From contig OZ024754.1 in NCBI GenBank assembly GCA_964016885.1, forward strand, positions 31,992,001-32,056,000: a stretch of 64,000 nucleotides of DNA. The letters are read 5' to 3'. Source of the stretch: Eledone cirrhosa (taxonomy: Eukaryota). The translations under genes were made by a program, and so were the position numbers. Shown here one piece after another: positions 11,707-24,655 of this stretch. The notes beneath the pieces were generated by a model, which saw only the letters and a program-made list of their open reading frames with translations, was not told where the DNA came from and searched no databases. Position 1 is the first letter of the stretch, and each line of letters starts with the position of its first letter.

Positions 11707-12250
11707 TCAAAATAGGGGGCACACAAGACAAAGACAATGGAAAAAGCAATGGAAAGTCCCATCTCCTCAGTCAACATTGGGAAATGACCATAGCTTCGGT
11801 ACCTTAAGGTTGAGAACATTCATTCCAGTGCACATTGGGACATAACAAAAGAGTTAGAGACAAGTTTTGCCTTTAGGCAAATTACAAAAATATAGTATGA
11901 ATATATATATATATATATGGGATAACAAGTTATTGTTTTAGGTAATCCAGTTAGAGGTTGTGAGTACTCTGTATTATGGATAGTTTTAACGTATGGCGTT
12001 GTTTGACTCAACAAGAGGTTTCCTTAGTTAGGTAGCGAGTTTGCGAGAATTTGGAGTAATAATTTTAAAAGATTGAAGAATATATATATATATATATAAG
12101 GATTAAAATACTGGAGCGTGTTGGAGTTAAACACCCTCTTCGTATTATAGAAATGACATGATTGCCCTGATGAGTCCTTAATAGGACGAAACATTGTCGG
12201 CTAATAAAAACTTTTGATGTATTAAAGGATTCTTTGTTTTACTCTCTTAA
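11707..12250 (+). mobile_element. Possible Penelope-like element 3' remnant
   Basis: Frameshift-joined [32 protein letters not shown] resembles a GIY-YIG C-terminal tail; followed by a minimal hammerhead, AATAAA and TA tracts. Confidence 0.45.
12161..12205 (+). ncRNA. Minimal type I hammerhead ribozyme
   Basis: ATTGCC-CTGATGA-GTCCT(TAAT)AGGAC-GAAA-C(ATT)GTC-GGC(T)AAT: complete core, 5-bp stem II, stem I with one bulge, predicted cleavage after C12198. Confidence 0.85.
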
Positions 12251-12465
12251 TATATATATATATATGCATGTATGTGTGTGCATGTAAAATGGTGATGATA
12301 TAAATAGTTCTGTTACATTTTTCAGAGGTTAATTTAGCACAGCTGCCACAATGACATGGTTTCTTTCCTATTATGACTGCATTTAAAAGAAATTGAGGTA
12401 TTTCCATTAGAGGATGATATATCTTAGATATCACAATGATATAGCCTCACACTTTTACACAATTG

Positions 12466-13539
12466 TTACTGGTTAGATATCATACTACTAAGAGATTTAT
12501 CACAGATATCAGTATATGGTATTTCCACTGCATTAATGCATTTATGTTTAGATAAGGTATTTCTATAAGAGAATGATTTTCCACAGATATCACAGTGGTA
12601 TGGCTTCTCTCCTGTATGAATACGTTTGTGTTTGGTTAAGTCGCCACTTTGAGAGAATGATTTACCACAGATATCACAGTGATATGGTTTCTCTCCTGTA
12701 TGGATACGTTTGTGTTTTGTTAATTGACTGTTGGTAGAGAACAATTTACCACAGATATCACAATGGTATGGTTTCTCTCCTGCATGAATACGTTCATGTC
12801 TAGTTAACTTGCTTCTTTCAGAGAATGATTTACCACAAATATCACATTGATATGGCTTCTCTCCAGTATGAATATATTGGTGAGTAGTAAGGTGGATTCT
12901 TTGAAAGAATGATTTACCACAGATATCACAATGAAATGGTTTTTCTCCTCTATGAATACGCTCATGTTTATATAAGTTACCTCCTTCCGAGAAAGATTTA
13001 CCACAGATATCACAGTGATACGGTTTCTCTCCTGTATGAATGCGTATATGAGTAGTCAATTCAGTTGTATGAGAGAATGATTTACCACAGATTTCACAAT
13101 GATATGGCTTCTGTCCAGTATGAATGTATTTATGTGTAGTTAAAACATTACTTTGAGAGAATGATTTACCACAAATATCACAGTGATATGGTTTTTCTCC
13201 TGTATGAATACGTTTGTGAGTAGTTAAAGGACTACTGGCAGCAAATGATTTGCCACAGATATCACAGTGATATGGCTTTTCTCCAGTGTGAATACGTTTG
13301 TGAGTAAAAAGGTTAGATTTTTGAAAGAATGATTTATCACAGATGTCACAGTGGTATGTTTTTCCTCCTGTATGAATACGTTTGTGAGTAAAGAGGCTAG
13401 CTCTTTGGGCAAATGATTTATCACAGATATCACAGTGGTACATTTTCCCCCTCTGTTTCAACAGCCTCTCATTATGAAAATCTATCATTTTAGTCTGAGT
13501 TACACAATTGTCCTGGTTCTCTAATATTCCATTTTCCAT
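12466..13539 (-). CDS. ZNF-2: C2H2 zinc-finger protein, 10 intact fingers plus 1 degenerate
   Basis: ATG at 13539; tandem CDICGKSF...HTGEKPY; cluster-type acceptor TTATTTCAG|AATATCAGATG at 13941 on the minus strand. Confidence 0.93.
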   Translation of the reverse strand: MENGILENQDNCVTQTKMIDFHNERLLKQRGKMYHCDICDKSFAQRASLFTHKRIHTGGKTYHCDICDKSFFQKSNLFTHKRIHTGEKPYHCDICGKSFAASSPLTTHKRIHTGEKPYHCDICGKSFSQSNVLTTHKYIHTGQKPYHCEICGKSFSHTTELTTHIRIHTGEKPYHCDICGKSFSEGGNLYKHERIHRGEKPFHCDICGKSFFQRIHLTTHQYIHTGEKPYQCDICGKSFSERSKLTRHERIHAGEKPYHCDICGKLFSTNSQLTKHKRIHTGEKPYHCDICGKSFSQSGDLTKHKRIHTGEKPYHCDICGKSFSYRNTLSKHKCINAVEIPYTDICDKSLSSMISNQ

Positions 13540-14160
13540 TATTTATTAGGGGTTTTTTTTTTACATTATATATTTTTCATTTTTATTTTCATATTTTGTT
13601 CCTAAGAAATATTTCAACTTCTATCTTTCCATCCACTGCAAATTTTATCCTCACATCTGAAAATGCTGCAAAATACCCTATAATTTCATTGCATTTCCAA
13701 TAAAACCCAAAACATCATTCTATACAGATTCCAGACAGTAATTCTCCCATAAATTTCTACAACCAAGATGATGATGATGATGATGATTATGTTGATGGAA
13801 ATATTTCTGTTGTTATATTCTCATCAACTCTGTTCTTTGTTGATATCTGAAGATGACAGCAAATTCTTTTGTAAATTTGTTCTAGTTTAATTAGAATACA
13901 AAATCATCTTGCTCATATTGCAGACAGTGTCATCTGATATTCTGAAATAATAGAGAAACATTAGAAGTTATAAAAAATATAGTAAAAAAGTAGAAATTCA
14001 ACAGTTGAAATTTTACTACATTAGATTTTTCTATATTGATAAACTGTACAATTATTTGAACAACTAAAATTTACTTTTCAATTTATCAAAATTATATTTT
14101 ACAACCTTGTGTGATATCTACAACATATTTACAGCCTATAGATATTCACATTGTATAAAT

Positions 14161-14552
14161 ATCATCATCATTGTTTAACGTCCATTTTCCACACTAGCAT
14201 GGGTTAGACAGGTTGGCCCATTTGAGGCAAGTTGGGTCAGGTGACTGTGTCTTGCTCATATAGAACTGTTTCTGGCTTGGTTTCTATGGCTGGATGGCCT
14301 TCCTAATGCCAGCCACATTTACAGTGTGTGCTGGGTGCTTTTTGTCGTGACACCTACACGACCATTTTACAGTGTGGGCTGGATGCTTTTTGTTGATACC
14401 AACATAACTTTACAGCGTAAGGGGTGTGTGGACAGAAGTGGGTGGATGGGTGTAGGGGCGTGGGGTGGATGGGTGTAGGGGCGTGGGGTGGATGGGTGTT
14501 GGGGGGTGGGGGTGTATGGAAGGCAGTATAGTGGTAAAGAGGTGCCTACTAG
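14161..14552 (-). mobile_element. RTE 3' UTR and tail fragment in the ZNF-2 intron, with a G-rich expansion
   Basis: Collinear with 9722-10080 (CATCATCATTGTTTAACGTCC...GTCGTGACACCTACACGA...AGAGGTGCCTACT). Confidence 0.8.
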
Positions 14553-16512
14553 ATGTATGTTTGAGTTCCATATATATGTTAATTTTTTCCATTACAGAAA
14601 TTCTAATGAAAGTCCCATAAGACTATTATGATTTTAATCTTTTAATCTAAAACGTGATCCTGCCTAACACTGTTGAAGGTGTTACACTTGTCCAGCTTCA
14701 CTAGGTGAGGTGACAAAGGAGGCATATGCTCTATGAAGTGTCATATTAGCAGCCACCTCACATCCACACTTAACTCTAACTCTGAGCTGGAACAGGGCTG
14801 GATACCTCTTTCAGGTCGTCAGTGAGTGACCTGCAGGTTATCTTGGTCGCAAGTTGTCACCCACTGCAGTGGCTCATATGCCAACGTTATTCTTCAACAC
14901 TGTCAAGTTGGTTGAGAAGAGAAGATGAAGAGCATGCAGGGGAGGCTGGCATGAAGAAGCCTGTTAGTGATAGCGGTAATGAATCAGAGCAGCTGTGCTG
15001 CTGTTTCAGCGGAGGTAAATGATGTGGCTGGATGGGACAACAGCCAAGTCTGGGTTTTGGGAGCAAATGGGACTGAAGAGCGAGTTGATACATCCAAGTG
15101 ATAGAGAGAGGGAGAAATAAATAGAGAGTGAGGGGAGGAAATAAATGACGAAGAAAAGAAAAACGGTGGGAAAAAAATTAGACAATCTGGAACTATCGAG
15201 TACCCTGTTGAATACTAGTCTAAGTAGTTTAAAATTGGTTCAATCCTGATATATATATATACACACACACATTAAACTACAGAATATTGGATAATAACAT
15301 TCTTCTCTGTAGAAATGTCATTTGTTATTATTATTTTGCTCTAGGTCAGCTTTGATTGATCAAAAGCTGTGCCTTTATCACTCTTTACTTAGATTTGTAG
15401 TGTGATTTGAGGCAATTATGTTGGTTATTTCTAGCGTTATGGCCCCCTCGATGAGCCCGTTCTTGTAATTTAGTCCCACATCAGCCCTGACTGGGTAGGC
15501 AGACCTATGACGATAGAGAGCTTGCTTTCATTGAGTCTTGATAGATGACACAACAGGAAATATTATATTGGCGAATGAAAAAGGAGGGAAGAGGTTATGT
15601 AGCCGGTAAGAGTGTCAGTTCTAAGAGTTGCGGCCCGAGTTAAGACAATTTGAAATCTTTTCCATCATCAATTGTTTAAAAACAAGTTAAAATCATTTAG
15701 TCGCCCATTCGTAACGTACGCTACGCTTTAGTTACATACACACACATCTATACGGAAATACATAAACAGATACAGACAACAGAAGAAAGGGGCTGGTGAA
15801 ATGCTATAGCGATGTGCGTTGCGTCCCTTCAGGGTTTAATGGCTACATAGCCTATTCGAAAAAGGGAAGGAGCCGATCATCAGATCGGAGCACGGAAACA
15901 ATGTTTCCATGGGTTTTTTCATTGTTGATACTATCTCCCAGTTAGTAGATAGTTGGCGGGATTGGAACTCAGTATACACAGAACCGCATTAAATACATAC
16001 TGTCAGACACTTTAACAATTCCACTAATCCACCGCTCCTGGATTAGTTCTTTATTAGATCCAGACAAGATGAAAGGCAAAGATTTATTAACTTAGCGCAC
16101 AGTAAACGGGGACAAATGCCGAAATGTTTAATCCCCCGATTCTAAAGACTGCCAATTCGCCGTCTATAAAGAAGAAAAAAAAAGGTGTTAGCTACTTTAC
16201 ACAAATACGCACACACCAATCAGCAATCATTCATCTTTATTTTATTATGTAATAACATTCTAACATTTTGTCAAATATAGTGCGACACCTTCAACGACAA
16301 CTGAAACAAATCAGATCAATAAATAGTTGAAGAGAAATCGATTTTGGACACACACCGAAAAACACTTCAATCAGGCTATAATCGCCATATATATATGATA
16401 AAATATAAAGAAAATACATGATACCTGATTGATCTGTGAAAATAAATTCTGAATGATTTATTAGTAAAAGAAAAGGAAATATTACATGAATGGGCATCTC
16501 TTTTCTACATAC

Positions 16513-16710
16513 CTGTAGGAAGGAAAGCCATCAACTTAAATCCAAAGAAAGCCTTTAAAGGATATTATAATGTTTAGTAGTTGAGACATATTCCACGAAG
16601 AATTATTATAAATGTGGCTAGTGAGATTAATTAACTAATTAAGCAACCACCTTAATAGGTTCCAGCTGAGAAGATGAAACAGGAAGTAGGCTTACTGAGC
16701 ATGCGCATCT
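16513..16710 (-). promoter_or_regulatory. Candidate ZNF-2 promoter and non-coding exon 1
   Basis: ETS-like CAGGAAGT (~16680-16687) next to NRF1-like GCATGCGCA (~16699-16707); minus-strand donor CAG|GTATGT at 16513/16512. Confidence 0.5.
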
Positions 16711-16765
16711 ATTATCATATTAAGACAACTCAATTTTTATTTCTGAGATGGAAATCCTATTATTA

Positions 16766-17108
16766 TGGATTGGCGGTACGTTCTGACTTCAAATCTCGCC
16801 GAGGTTAGTTTTGCCTTTCATAATTACGATGTCGATAAAATAAACCATCAGTAATGCACTGGGGGTCGATTTAATCGATTACCCCCCCCCCCCTCTCCAA
16901 AATTGCTGGCCTTGAGCTTATAGTAGAAATCATTATTATTTAAATGGACAGTGGATTGGCAGTATCGGTAGGGCGTCGGACACCATGCTTTGACGCATAG
17001 AGTTACGGCCCTTGCCATTCTGAGTTCAAATCCCGCCGAGGTTAACTTTAAAGTACCAGTAATATACTGATTAATTGGTGGCCTTGTGCCAAAAGTAGAA
17101 ACAATTAT
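16766..17108 (+). mobile_element. Two tandem Nin/Deu-like SINE copies
   Basis: GGATTGGC...TTCAAAT...GCCGAGGTTA...GGCCTTG...AGTAGAAA occurs twice. Confidence 0.8.
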
Positions 17109-17124
17109 TATTTACAATGAACAG

Positions 17125-18680
17125 GATTGACGGGCACAGCTGGGTTGGAAGTGGTATCATGACTGGCCGGTGTAAAATCAGTCATATGGAATTTGCAGAT
17201 GACATGGTGTTACTGAACTCGACCTCAAGAAGTGGGGTTTGATGGCGAGTGCTGCATGACTGGAACGAAAATCAGTGCGGCGAAAACTGAGACACTCGTC
17301 ATCACAAGGAAGCCTGCATAGTGCACTCTACATTTAAATGGAGTTTCAGTGTCTCGGGGCCGTGTTCACGAGTGATGTAAGACAAGAGGCTGAATTAACA
17401 TTGCAATATGACCAGAAATGATAAATGCAGTAGGACTAACCATGGCCGACTCTGACAACACTTCTATAAATATTCAAGTTGATAGAGCACAGGATAACTA
17501 ACTAACTGGCAGATTAGCGAAGTCTCTCTCTCTATATATATGGAATAACATTTGGTTAAATCAAATAAAGTTAACTGTCCAAGGGAGATAAATCTTGAAA
17601 GATACGGTAGGCCTACACTGATTCGTTCCCTTTAGTTGTTTCTTGAATTGCTTTTAATCATTTAGACACAACGACGCTAAATCTCTAGTCAGGCGCTCTA
17701 CCAGCTAAACATACCCTGAACCAAATAAATAAAACCAAACTATGAAACACCAACGTATTCGCCATAAACACGTTTACAAGGCTGTAAGACGTTGCTAATG
17801 AAGTCATTTCGGCCACAAACACGGGCTCTGTTGCCCACAACGCTGAGGAAGGGGAAGATAGACAAATACCAGGGCATGATCGACCACTTCCTTTTTGTAC
17901 CGGTCTCCATCGAAACCTCTGGTGTCCTTGGCCCCCGCACTGCTGATTTCCTCCGTAAAGTCGGAAGGGAGCCCCGTGAGGTGATGTAGCTGCCCCTGGC
18001 CATTCTCCATGGTAACGCTTTTGCCGTTTTGTCCGTGGGACGCAGCTGCGGCACCGCTCAAACTAGGGTCTAGTGACTGCCCCCCCTCTCCCTTTCTTTC
18101 GCCGCTTGATCTTTCTTTGTTTTTCTCCATTTCGTTTTCTTTTCTCTTCTTCCTTTTCTGTTCCCTTTAATAGTGTGTTTTGTTTTTTTTATTAAATACA
18201 GCTCAGTTATTTTTATATAATGCCAATGGATTTTTCGTGAGGTTGTGAGATTTCCTATATTGAAACTCACTATCTTCAATTCGGTATTCGTGTAAACCCT
18301 TGTACTATGGTCAAGAATCTTGGGTAATGTTCGAAAGAATACAATCGCGAATAAAAGCGGCCGAAATGGGGTTCCTGCAAAAGGTCTTTGGAATAACGTT
18401 TCTCGATAGAGAACCTAGCTCGGAAACCAGGGAGTCATTCAAGGTAGAACCACTACTTCTCCGAATTGAGAGACCACAGCTCCGATACTATAAGCATGTG
18501 AATAGAATGTCTCATAAAAGAATCGCTGTACAAATGTTATGGGCAAAACCAACCGGCGGGAGACCCAGAGCAAGATGGTTGGAGATCCAGTGGGATCAGT
18601 TGCTTCTGGCAGGACCTGGTGGAAGGAGTGTTTGAGGATTCTGCTCTTACGACCTTTCCAGGAATAAGTGGGCGAAGAAA
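17125..18680 (+). mobile_element. RTE (Expander/Rex3-like) LINE fragment split by ~880 bp of other sequence (~17400-18280)
   Basis: MEFADDMVLL and KISAAKTETLVI at 17187-17310; YGQESW...AAEMGFL...LLRIERPQLRYYKHVNRM...GRPRARW in ORF 18300-18635. Confidence 0.8.
17760..18060 (+). mobile_element. CRE-like non-LTR C-terminal (restriction-like endonuclease) fragment
   Basis: KIDKYQGMIDHFLFVPVSIETSGVLGPRTADFLRKVG...EPRE...AILHGNAFAVL. Confidence 0.7.
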
Positions 18681-18870
18681 CACTGAATTGATATTGGAAG
18701 ACTTAGCTGTTTTAAAATGAAAACGTAGAATTCCTTATAAAAAGCATTCGGAGTTTTCTAAGCAGACGATATTAACTTATTTATGTTTGTTTATGGTGGT
18801 GGTAGGGGTAAACCTCTCAACACTCATGTTATGACATATCCACCACACTTCATATATGTTGCAGTAAGTC

Positions 18871-19052
18871 TTATCACATGACCTAAACTAACCAATGAAA
18901 ATGCAACAATTCAATTTCTGCCATGTCTTTATTCCGGAAGTTCTTAATTTTACCATATTTGTTCATTTTAATTGTTAAATATATTGTCTGCTTATTTCTT
19001 CTCTTTTTTTCTACACATGACGATCTTTTACATACCAAATTTCATTCATAAG
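18871..19052 (+). promoter_or_regulatory. ZNF-3 promoter (TCACATGAC, CCAAT, CCGGAAGT 18934-18941) and non-coding exon 1 ending at donor AG|GTATT (19052/19053)
   Basis: Motif order and spacing are conserved in paralogous copies; acceptor at 21789/21790. Confidence 0.8.
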
Positions 19053-19689
19053 GTATTATTCTATTTCATTTTTATATTTTGCGGTTACAGGTTGTCAAAA
19101 ACAGTTTTATAAGTTGTATATGATGTAGTTTTAATATTTTTAATAATTTTTTTCAAGGTTTTTCCTTTGATCCCTTTGATGTGATTTGCGGCCAATTGTC
19201 GCACTTGGTGGTAAATTGATGGATGTTTTTCTTTGTTTCCCTTTATTTTTACCTTTTTCTTTCTCTTGCTCTGATAGTAGTAATAGTTAATTGTATTTAT
19301 TATATATGTTTATATTTTCATTCTGAAAGAATTGTGAACAATTTGTAATGTTATTTATGCAACATTTTACTAATATAGATTTTAAATTACCATCAAAAAT
19401 AAAAATAAATAAAAAACGAAAAACTCACCAATTGTGATGTTATTTTGGAGGTATGGATTAATTTTCCTATGGTATGTATAGACCCGAAATTTCCGATGGA
19501 GTTGTTGATGCGCTGTGGTGATATACAGCGTGTTTTGAAAATGTTAAACCTAGTGGAGCCCTTGCACTTTCCAGATCTAAATACAACAGATTTCTTCTAG
19601 AGAAGGAGAGAGTTATAGAAAAGAAGTGAGAAAAAGATATAAAGGAAAAAATCAACTTGTACATTTTTTATCGACCTCGGTGGGTTTAA

Positions 19690-20030
19690 GCGCAGAGAGC
19701 AGGAACGAATAAGTCAAAGCATTCTATCCGGCGCTGCCAATTCGACGCCTTAACTTTCCTATCCTTCGGCTCCAACTTAGTCGCTTCGACCACAAACTCC
19801 GGTTGTTCTGTCGCCTGCAATGAGAAGGACATGAAGACAAAGAAATACGGGGGATTGTCAGGCCGCTTCCTCTTCGCACCAGTCACCGTCGAGACCTCAG
19901 CTGCCTTCGGACCCCGTACTGCTGAGATCCTCCGCAAGATTGGAACGTCTGGGAGAGGCGCCCCGCGAGGAAGGGTGGCTGTTGCTGCGGGTGTCGCTGG
20001 CCATTGTCCGCGGTGCCCAGAGCCCATGAC
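19690..20030 (+). mobile_element. CRE-like non-LTR endonuclease fragment in the ZNF-3 intron
   Basis: KTKKYGGLSGRFLFAPVTVETSAAFGPRTAEILRKIG, homologous to 17760-18060. Confidence 0.7.
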
Positions 20031-20122
20031 CCTCTCCGCTTCCTCCTCATTTTATTTGGCCCCAGAGCCCCTGCTTTTTCGCTCCCTTTCCTCTCATTTA
20101 TGGCATTTATAATGCCCTTTCT

Positions 20123-21152
20123 GGCATAGGTTAAGAATAACGTTCGAGAAAATGAAAGATTTTCTGACAAGAGAATGTGTTTTTTGTTTTTTTTTACAAT
20201 GAAAGTTACGATACACTGTTTGTTTATTTACAACAGGTCTCTATAGTGATATGGTGTTAATTAGTATTGCGTGTGTGATTATTTTTTCTTTTTCTTTTTT
20301 TGTGTATTGTGTGTACGGAAAATGACATTGTGTTGAAAGAAATAAATTTTTTTAAAATAACTACATAGTTAGACGTTTGTTGCATATAACATATACATTG
20401 ACCTACCTAATCAAAATACTTTCATAGAAAGTATCATCGTGGCCAGTGGAGACAAGGCCACTGGGTGTTCGGCGCTGTAGAACGCCATTCTGGACGCTGC
20501 TGCCTCATCGAAGTCCCAGATCGAAGCCGTGAGACTCTTGTCCCCATCATACAGGAATGGATTTTGCCAGGAAGCCACATCATGTCCGATGGTTGGGCTT
20601 CCTATTCTGATATTGAAGAAATTCAAGGTGGCATTTACCTCCATGATGTTGTTGTGCACCAACGGACTTTGTCGATCCTGAAGACCCTAATGTGCACACA
20701 CAACTCATAGAGAACACTTGGAGCCGTGCGAAGAAAAAGCGACGATTTATTCCCCTCTTATTTAGCTGAATTTCTTTGGCGGCAGAGAGTTGGTGCCAAC
20801 AAGTTTGGCGAGATGATCAACTGTATTTCAGCTATTTATACGGTCTAATAAGGATGTTGATTAGGTACGTCAATTTATATGTTATATGCAACAAACGTCT
20901 AACTATGTAGTTATTTTAAAAAAATTTCTTTCTTTCAACACAATGTCATTTTCCGTACACACAATACACAAAAAAAGAAAAAGAAAAAATAATCACACAC
21001 GCAATACTAATTAACACCATATCACTATAGAGACCTGTTGTAAATAAACAAACAGTGTATCGTAATTTTCACTGTAAAAAAAAAAAAAAAAACACATTCA
21101 CTTGTCAGAAAAACTACTTTCATTTTCTCGAACGTTATTCTTAACCTATGCC
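20123..21152 (+). mobile_element. Non-autonomous Merlin (IS1016/ISXO2-like) DNA transposon with ~300-bp inverted termini
   Basis: IRs 20123-~20420 and ~20851-21152; internal RKYHRG...WVFGAVER...IMSDGWASY...VHTQLIENTW...SYLAEFLWR; possible 9-bp TSD GCCCTTTCT/ATCCTTTCT. Confidence 0.9.
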
Positions 21153-21384
21153 ATCCTTTCTTCTACTTTCCCATACAGCCAGAGCTGCCCTTCTTTACCT
21201 CATCCCTATTTTCTCATTGTTTAATTTTGCTTTTGTCTTTCTTTTTCATATTTATCTAATATATACAATAAATCTGATTTGCGTTTAAAAAAGAAGAAAT
21301 TACTTTAAACGAGTAAAGAGAGAAGGAAGAAATGTGAGAGATCATACAAGATTCGACTGCTGAAGATGATTATAGTCAATCATC

Positions 21385-21600
21385 CTTCGAGGGTGGGGTC
21401 GATAAAATAAACTACCAGTCGAATCCTGGATAGATTTCATCATCTTCCTTCTCCCCCAAAATTGCTGGCCTTGTGCCCAAAGTAGAAACAATTATTATTA
21501 TTATGGCAGCATTGGCCAAACATTGAACAAAATGTTTTGCAGTATTTGTTCTGGCTCTTTACGTTCTGAATTCATATCCCGCCCAGGTCAACGTTGTCTG
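21385..21600 (+). mobile_element. Nin/Deu-like SINE fragments
   Basis: GGGGTCGATAAAATAAA...GCTGGCCTTGTGCCCAAAGTAGAAACAATT, followed by a second degenerate head. Confidence 0.7.
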
Positions 21601-22186
21601 TTACAACTTGTGGGCGGGGGAAGGGGTGCTCTTGTGGGTAGCCACCTCCTCCCCACAGTAAAGTTCAGTTATTGAGGTCAATGTTTTTAACTACAGTTTA
21701 TCAATATAGAAAAAATGTATTGAAATTACATTTGTTGAATCTCTACCTTTCAACTATTTTTATATCAAATTGTTTTCCTGTCATTTCAGAATATCAGATG
21801 ATATTAGCATTAAAGAAGCATCAACGTTCGTTATATTTTAAAGACTAGAGGAAGATGTTATACAGAACAGTTTAACAGATTTTATTTTATGGTAGAACTA
21901 CAGTGAAATATTTCTTCTGATCTGAGAATACGGACCAAATTTCTTTTCTTAACTGTCTGCAGTAAGATCAAGATGACATTGTGTTCTAATTAATCTAGGA
22001 CAAATTTACAAAAACATTTTCCACCTTCAGATATCAACAAAGAACACAGTTGATGGGAATATAGCAGTTGAAATATTGACATCTAAATATCATTATTTTT
22101 ATGTCCACTTTTCCATGATTGTATGGAACAAATACAAGAAAAATGAATTATGTGAGCATTTAAAAGGTTGTTTTTTCCCTAAAGAA

Positions 22187-23650
22187 ATGTCGAAAGAGAT
22201 AGGAACTATATTATACCAATGTAATATCTGTGTTAAATCATTCTCAGAAAGTGATGACTTAATTAACCATAAATGTATCCATACAGGAGAGAAACCATAC
22301 CAATGTGATATCTGTAATATGTTTTTCTCACAAAAAGGGAACTTAACTACTCACAAGCGTATTCATACTGGAGAGAAGCCATATCACTGTGATGTCTGTG
22401 GTAGATCATTCTCTCGAAATCATGATCTAACTGTTCACATACGTATTCATACAGGAGAGAAGCCATATCACTGTAATATCTGTGGTAAATCATTTTCTGT
22501 ATCTAGTCACTTAACTAAACACAAATACATACATACAGGAGAGAAGCCATATCACTGTGATGTCTGTGATAAATCATTTGCTCGTAGAAATGGTTTAACT
22601 TATCACAAACGCGTTCACACAGGAGAAAAACCACATCAGTGTGATATCTGTGATAAATCATTCTATACACGAACTCACTTAACCAAACATGAACGTACTC
22701 ACACAGGGGAGAAACCATATCATTGTGGCATCTGTAGTAAATCATTCTCTTCAGAAAGTACATTAACTACTCACAAATACATTCATACAGGAGAAAAGCC
22801 ATATCACTGTGATGTCTGTGATAAATCATTCTCTATACCTAGTAACTTAACTAAACACAAATACATTCATACAGGAGAGAAACCATATCATTGTGATGTC
22901 TGTGGTAAATCATTCTCTCGGTCAAATGTACTTGCAGCCCACAAACGTGTTCATACAGGAGAGAAACCATATCATTGTGATATCTGTCGTAAATCATTCT
23001 CTCGGGCAAATGTATTAACAGCTCACAAACGTATTCATACTGGTGTGAAACCACATCACTGTGATATTTGTGGTAAATCATTCTATCGTAAGTGTGAAAT
23101 AACTGTACACAAACGTATTCATACAGGAGAGAAGCCATTTTCTTGTAATACTTGTGGTAAATCATTCTCTCAGATTAGTCCGTTAATAGTTCACAACCGT
23201 ATTCATACTGGAGAGAAACCATATAGCTGTGATATCTGCGGTAAATCATTCTCTCAGTATATTGAATTAAGTACACACAAATATAAACATACAGGTGTAA
23301 AACCATATCATTGTGATATATGTGATAAATCATTCTCTCACAATGGTGAATTAAAGGTACACAAACGCGTTCATACAGGAGAGAAGCCATATCTCTGTGA
23401 TATCTGTGGAAAATCATTTACTGAAGGACATACATTAATCACTCACAAATTTATTCATACCGGAGAGAAACCATATCACTGTGATGACTGTGGTAAATCA
23501 TTCTCTGTAAAAGGTAACTTAACTAAACACAAACGTGTTCATACAGGAGAGAAACCATATCACTGTGATATGTGTGGTAAATCATTCTCTCAAAGAAATA
23601 CATTAAATACTCACAAACGCATTCATACAGGAGAAAGAGAACACAACTGA
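22187..23650 (+). CDS. ZNF-3: C2H2 zinc-finger protein, 17 fingers
   Basis: Start placed at MSKEIGT (22187) by homology to ZNF-5 and ZNF-7; the track start 22076 is TTG, and an in-frame ATG also exists at 22115. Confidence 0.93.
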   Translation: MSKEIGTILYQCNICVKSFSESDDLINHKCIHTGEKPYQCDICNMFFSQKGNLTTHKRIHTGEKPYHCDVCGRSFSRNHDLTVHIRIHTGEKPYHCNICGKSFSVSSHLTKHKYIHTGEKPYHCDVCDKSFARRNGLTYHKRVHTGEKPHQCDICDKSFYTRTHLTKHERTHTGEKPYHCGICSKSFSSESTLTTHKYIHTGEKPYHCDVCDKSFSIPSNLTKHKYIHTGEKPYHCDVCGKSFSRSNVLAAHKRVHTGEKPYHCDICRKSFSRANVLTAHKRIHTGVKPHHCDICGKSFYRKCEITVHKRIHTGEKPFSCNTCGKSFSQISPLIVHNRIHTGEKPYSCDICGKSFSQYIELSTHKYKHTGVKPYHCDICDKSFSHNGELKVHKRVHTGEKPYLCDICGKSFTEGHTLITHKFIHTGEKPYHCDDCGKSFSVKGNLTKHKRVHTGEKPYHCDMCGKSFSQRNTLNTHKRIHTGEREHN

Positions 23651-24022
23651 TATGTTTGGTAAATTATTCTCTTCAAGAAGTAACTTTACTATACACAAAT
23701 ACATTGATAAAGGAGTGAAACCACATCACTTAAATATGTATGGTAAATCATTCAATGTAGCTAGTCACTCAATATACAAGAGAGAAGCCATGTCATTGTG
23801 ATGTGTGTGATAAATGTTTCCCTCTGCCTAATCACTTAACTAAACACAAATGTATTCTTACAAGAGAGAAGCCATATCACTGTGATGTATGTGGTAAATC
23901 ATTCTCATGGTTATATATGTCTGTCATACAAGATGTCAACATTTTCTGAATATTTTGTCATCTCAGCTGTGAATCCAAGTATCTTGGGATCACTGAGAAT
24001 ATTTGTAACAAATTGAAAGATA

Positions 24023-24028
24023 AATAAA
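24023..24028 (+). terminator. Conserved poly(A) signal of the cassette (paralogs at 34514, 43749, 50886, 55579)
   Basis: TAAATAAAA(C/T)TGGTTT plus a U-rich downstream element at the equivalent position after ZNF-3 to ZNF-7. Confidence 0.7.
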
Positions 24029-24117
24029 ACTGGTTTGTTCTTAAAATATTCTTTTGTTATTTTATATGTTGAACATCAAACTAAAACTTGTGATGACAAC
24101 ATAAGCTATAGAATTCA

Positions 24118-24632
24118 CATCATCATCATTTTATATTTGTTTTTCCATTATTGTATAGTTTGGACGGTTCTTTTCCAGGACAGCCCCACTCCACTTGTGT
24201 TCCTTCATTATTTCTTCTGTGAAATTCAGCATTTTGGGATCAACTCTCACCATTTCTTTCATGGTCTTCCTCTACTGTAGCTTCCTTCCACTAAGATCAC
24301 TTTTCACTTCTTCACCCTACGATTATCATCCATACATGTCACATGCCCCATAGCAATATAATTTTCTGTCTCTTGCATGTACACTACATCTAATTCCTCT
24401 TATATCCAGTTTTTCTCTCACCCCATCATAGACATTAGCATTACATATCCATAACTGTCCAGTTTTCCCATATCCTCTGCATTCACTGCCCAAGTCTCAC
24501 TACCATGCAACTTTGCACACAACTATCAAACAGCTTGCTTTTCCTTCATGCAGAGAAATCTTTTGTTGTCCACATGGGTTGTAGTTCCTTGAGGTCTTTC
24601 TATCCTGTTCTTATTCTAGCTGCTATACTGAA
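24118..24632 (-). mobile_element. Old RTE 3' fragment duplicated with the cassette (also ~34610-34965, ~43845-44100, ~50980-51470, ~55670-55940)
   Basis: CACTGCCCAAGTCTCACTACCATGCA (reverse = LHGSETWA-like) and TCCTGTTCTTATTCTAGCT match the RTE at 10470-10620. Confidence 0.7.
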
Positions 24633-24655
24633 GCATTGTCAATATTTTATTGCAG

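Noticed and set aside
11137-11845. YIYIYI-rich ORFs
   Set aside because: Artefacts of the (TA)n microsatellite.
14790-14850. Second ribozyme on the minus strand (CTGACGA-CCT-GAAAG-AGG)
   Set aside because: No GAAA follows the stem in the required position and no consistent stems I/III; twister and HDV folds could not be built by eye. An Infernal scan would settle it.
20421-20850. Bacterial IS1595 contamination or recent horizontal transfer
   Set aside because: The fragment is frameshifted, embedded in a eukaryotic intron and has a second local relative; eukaryotic Merlin explains it.
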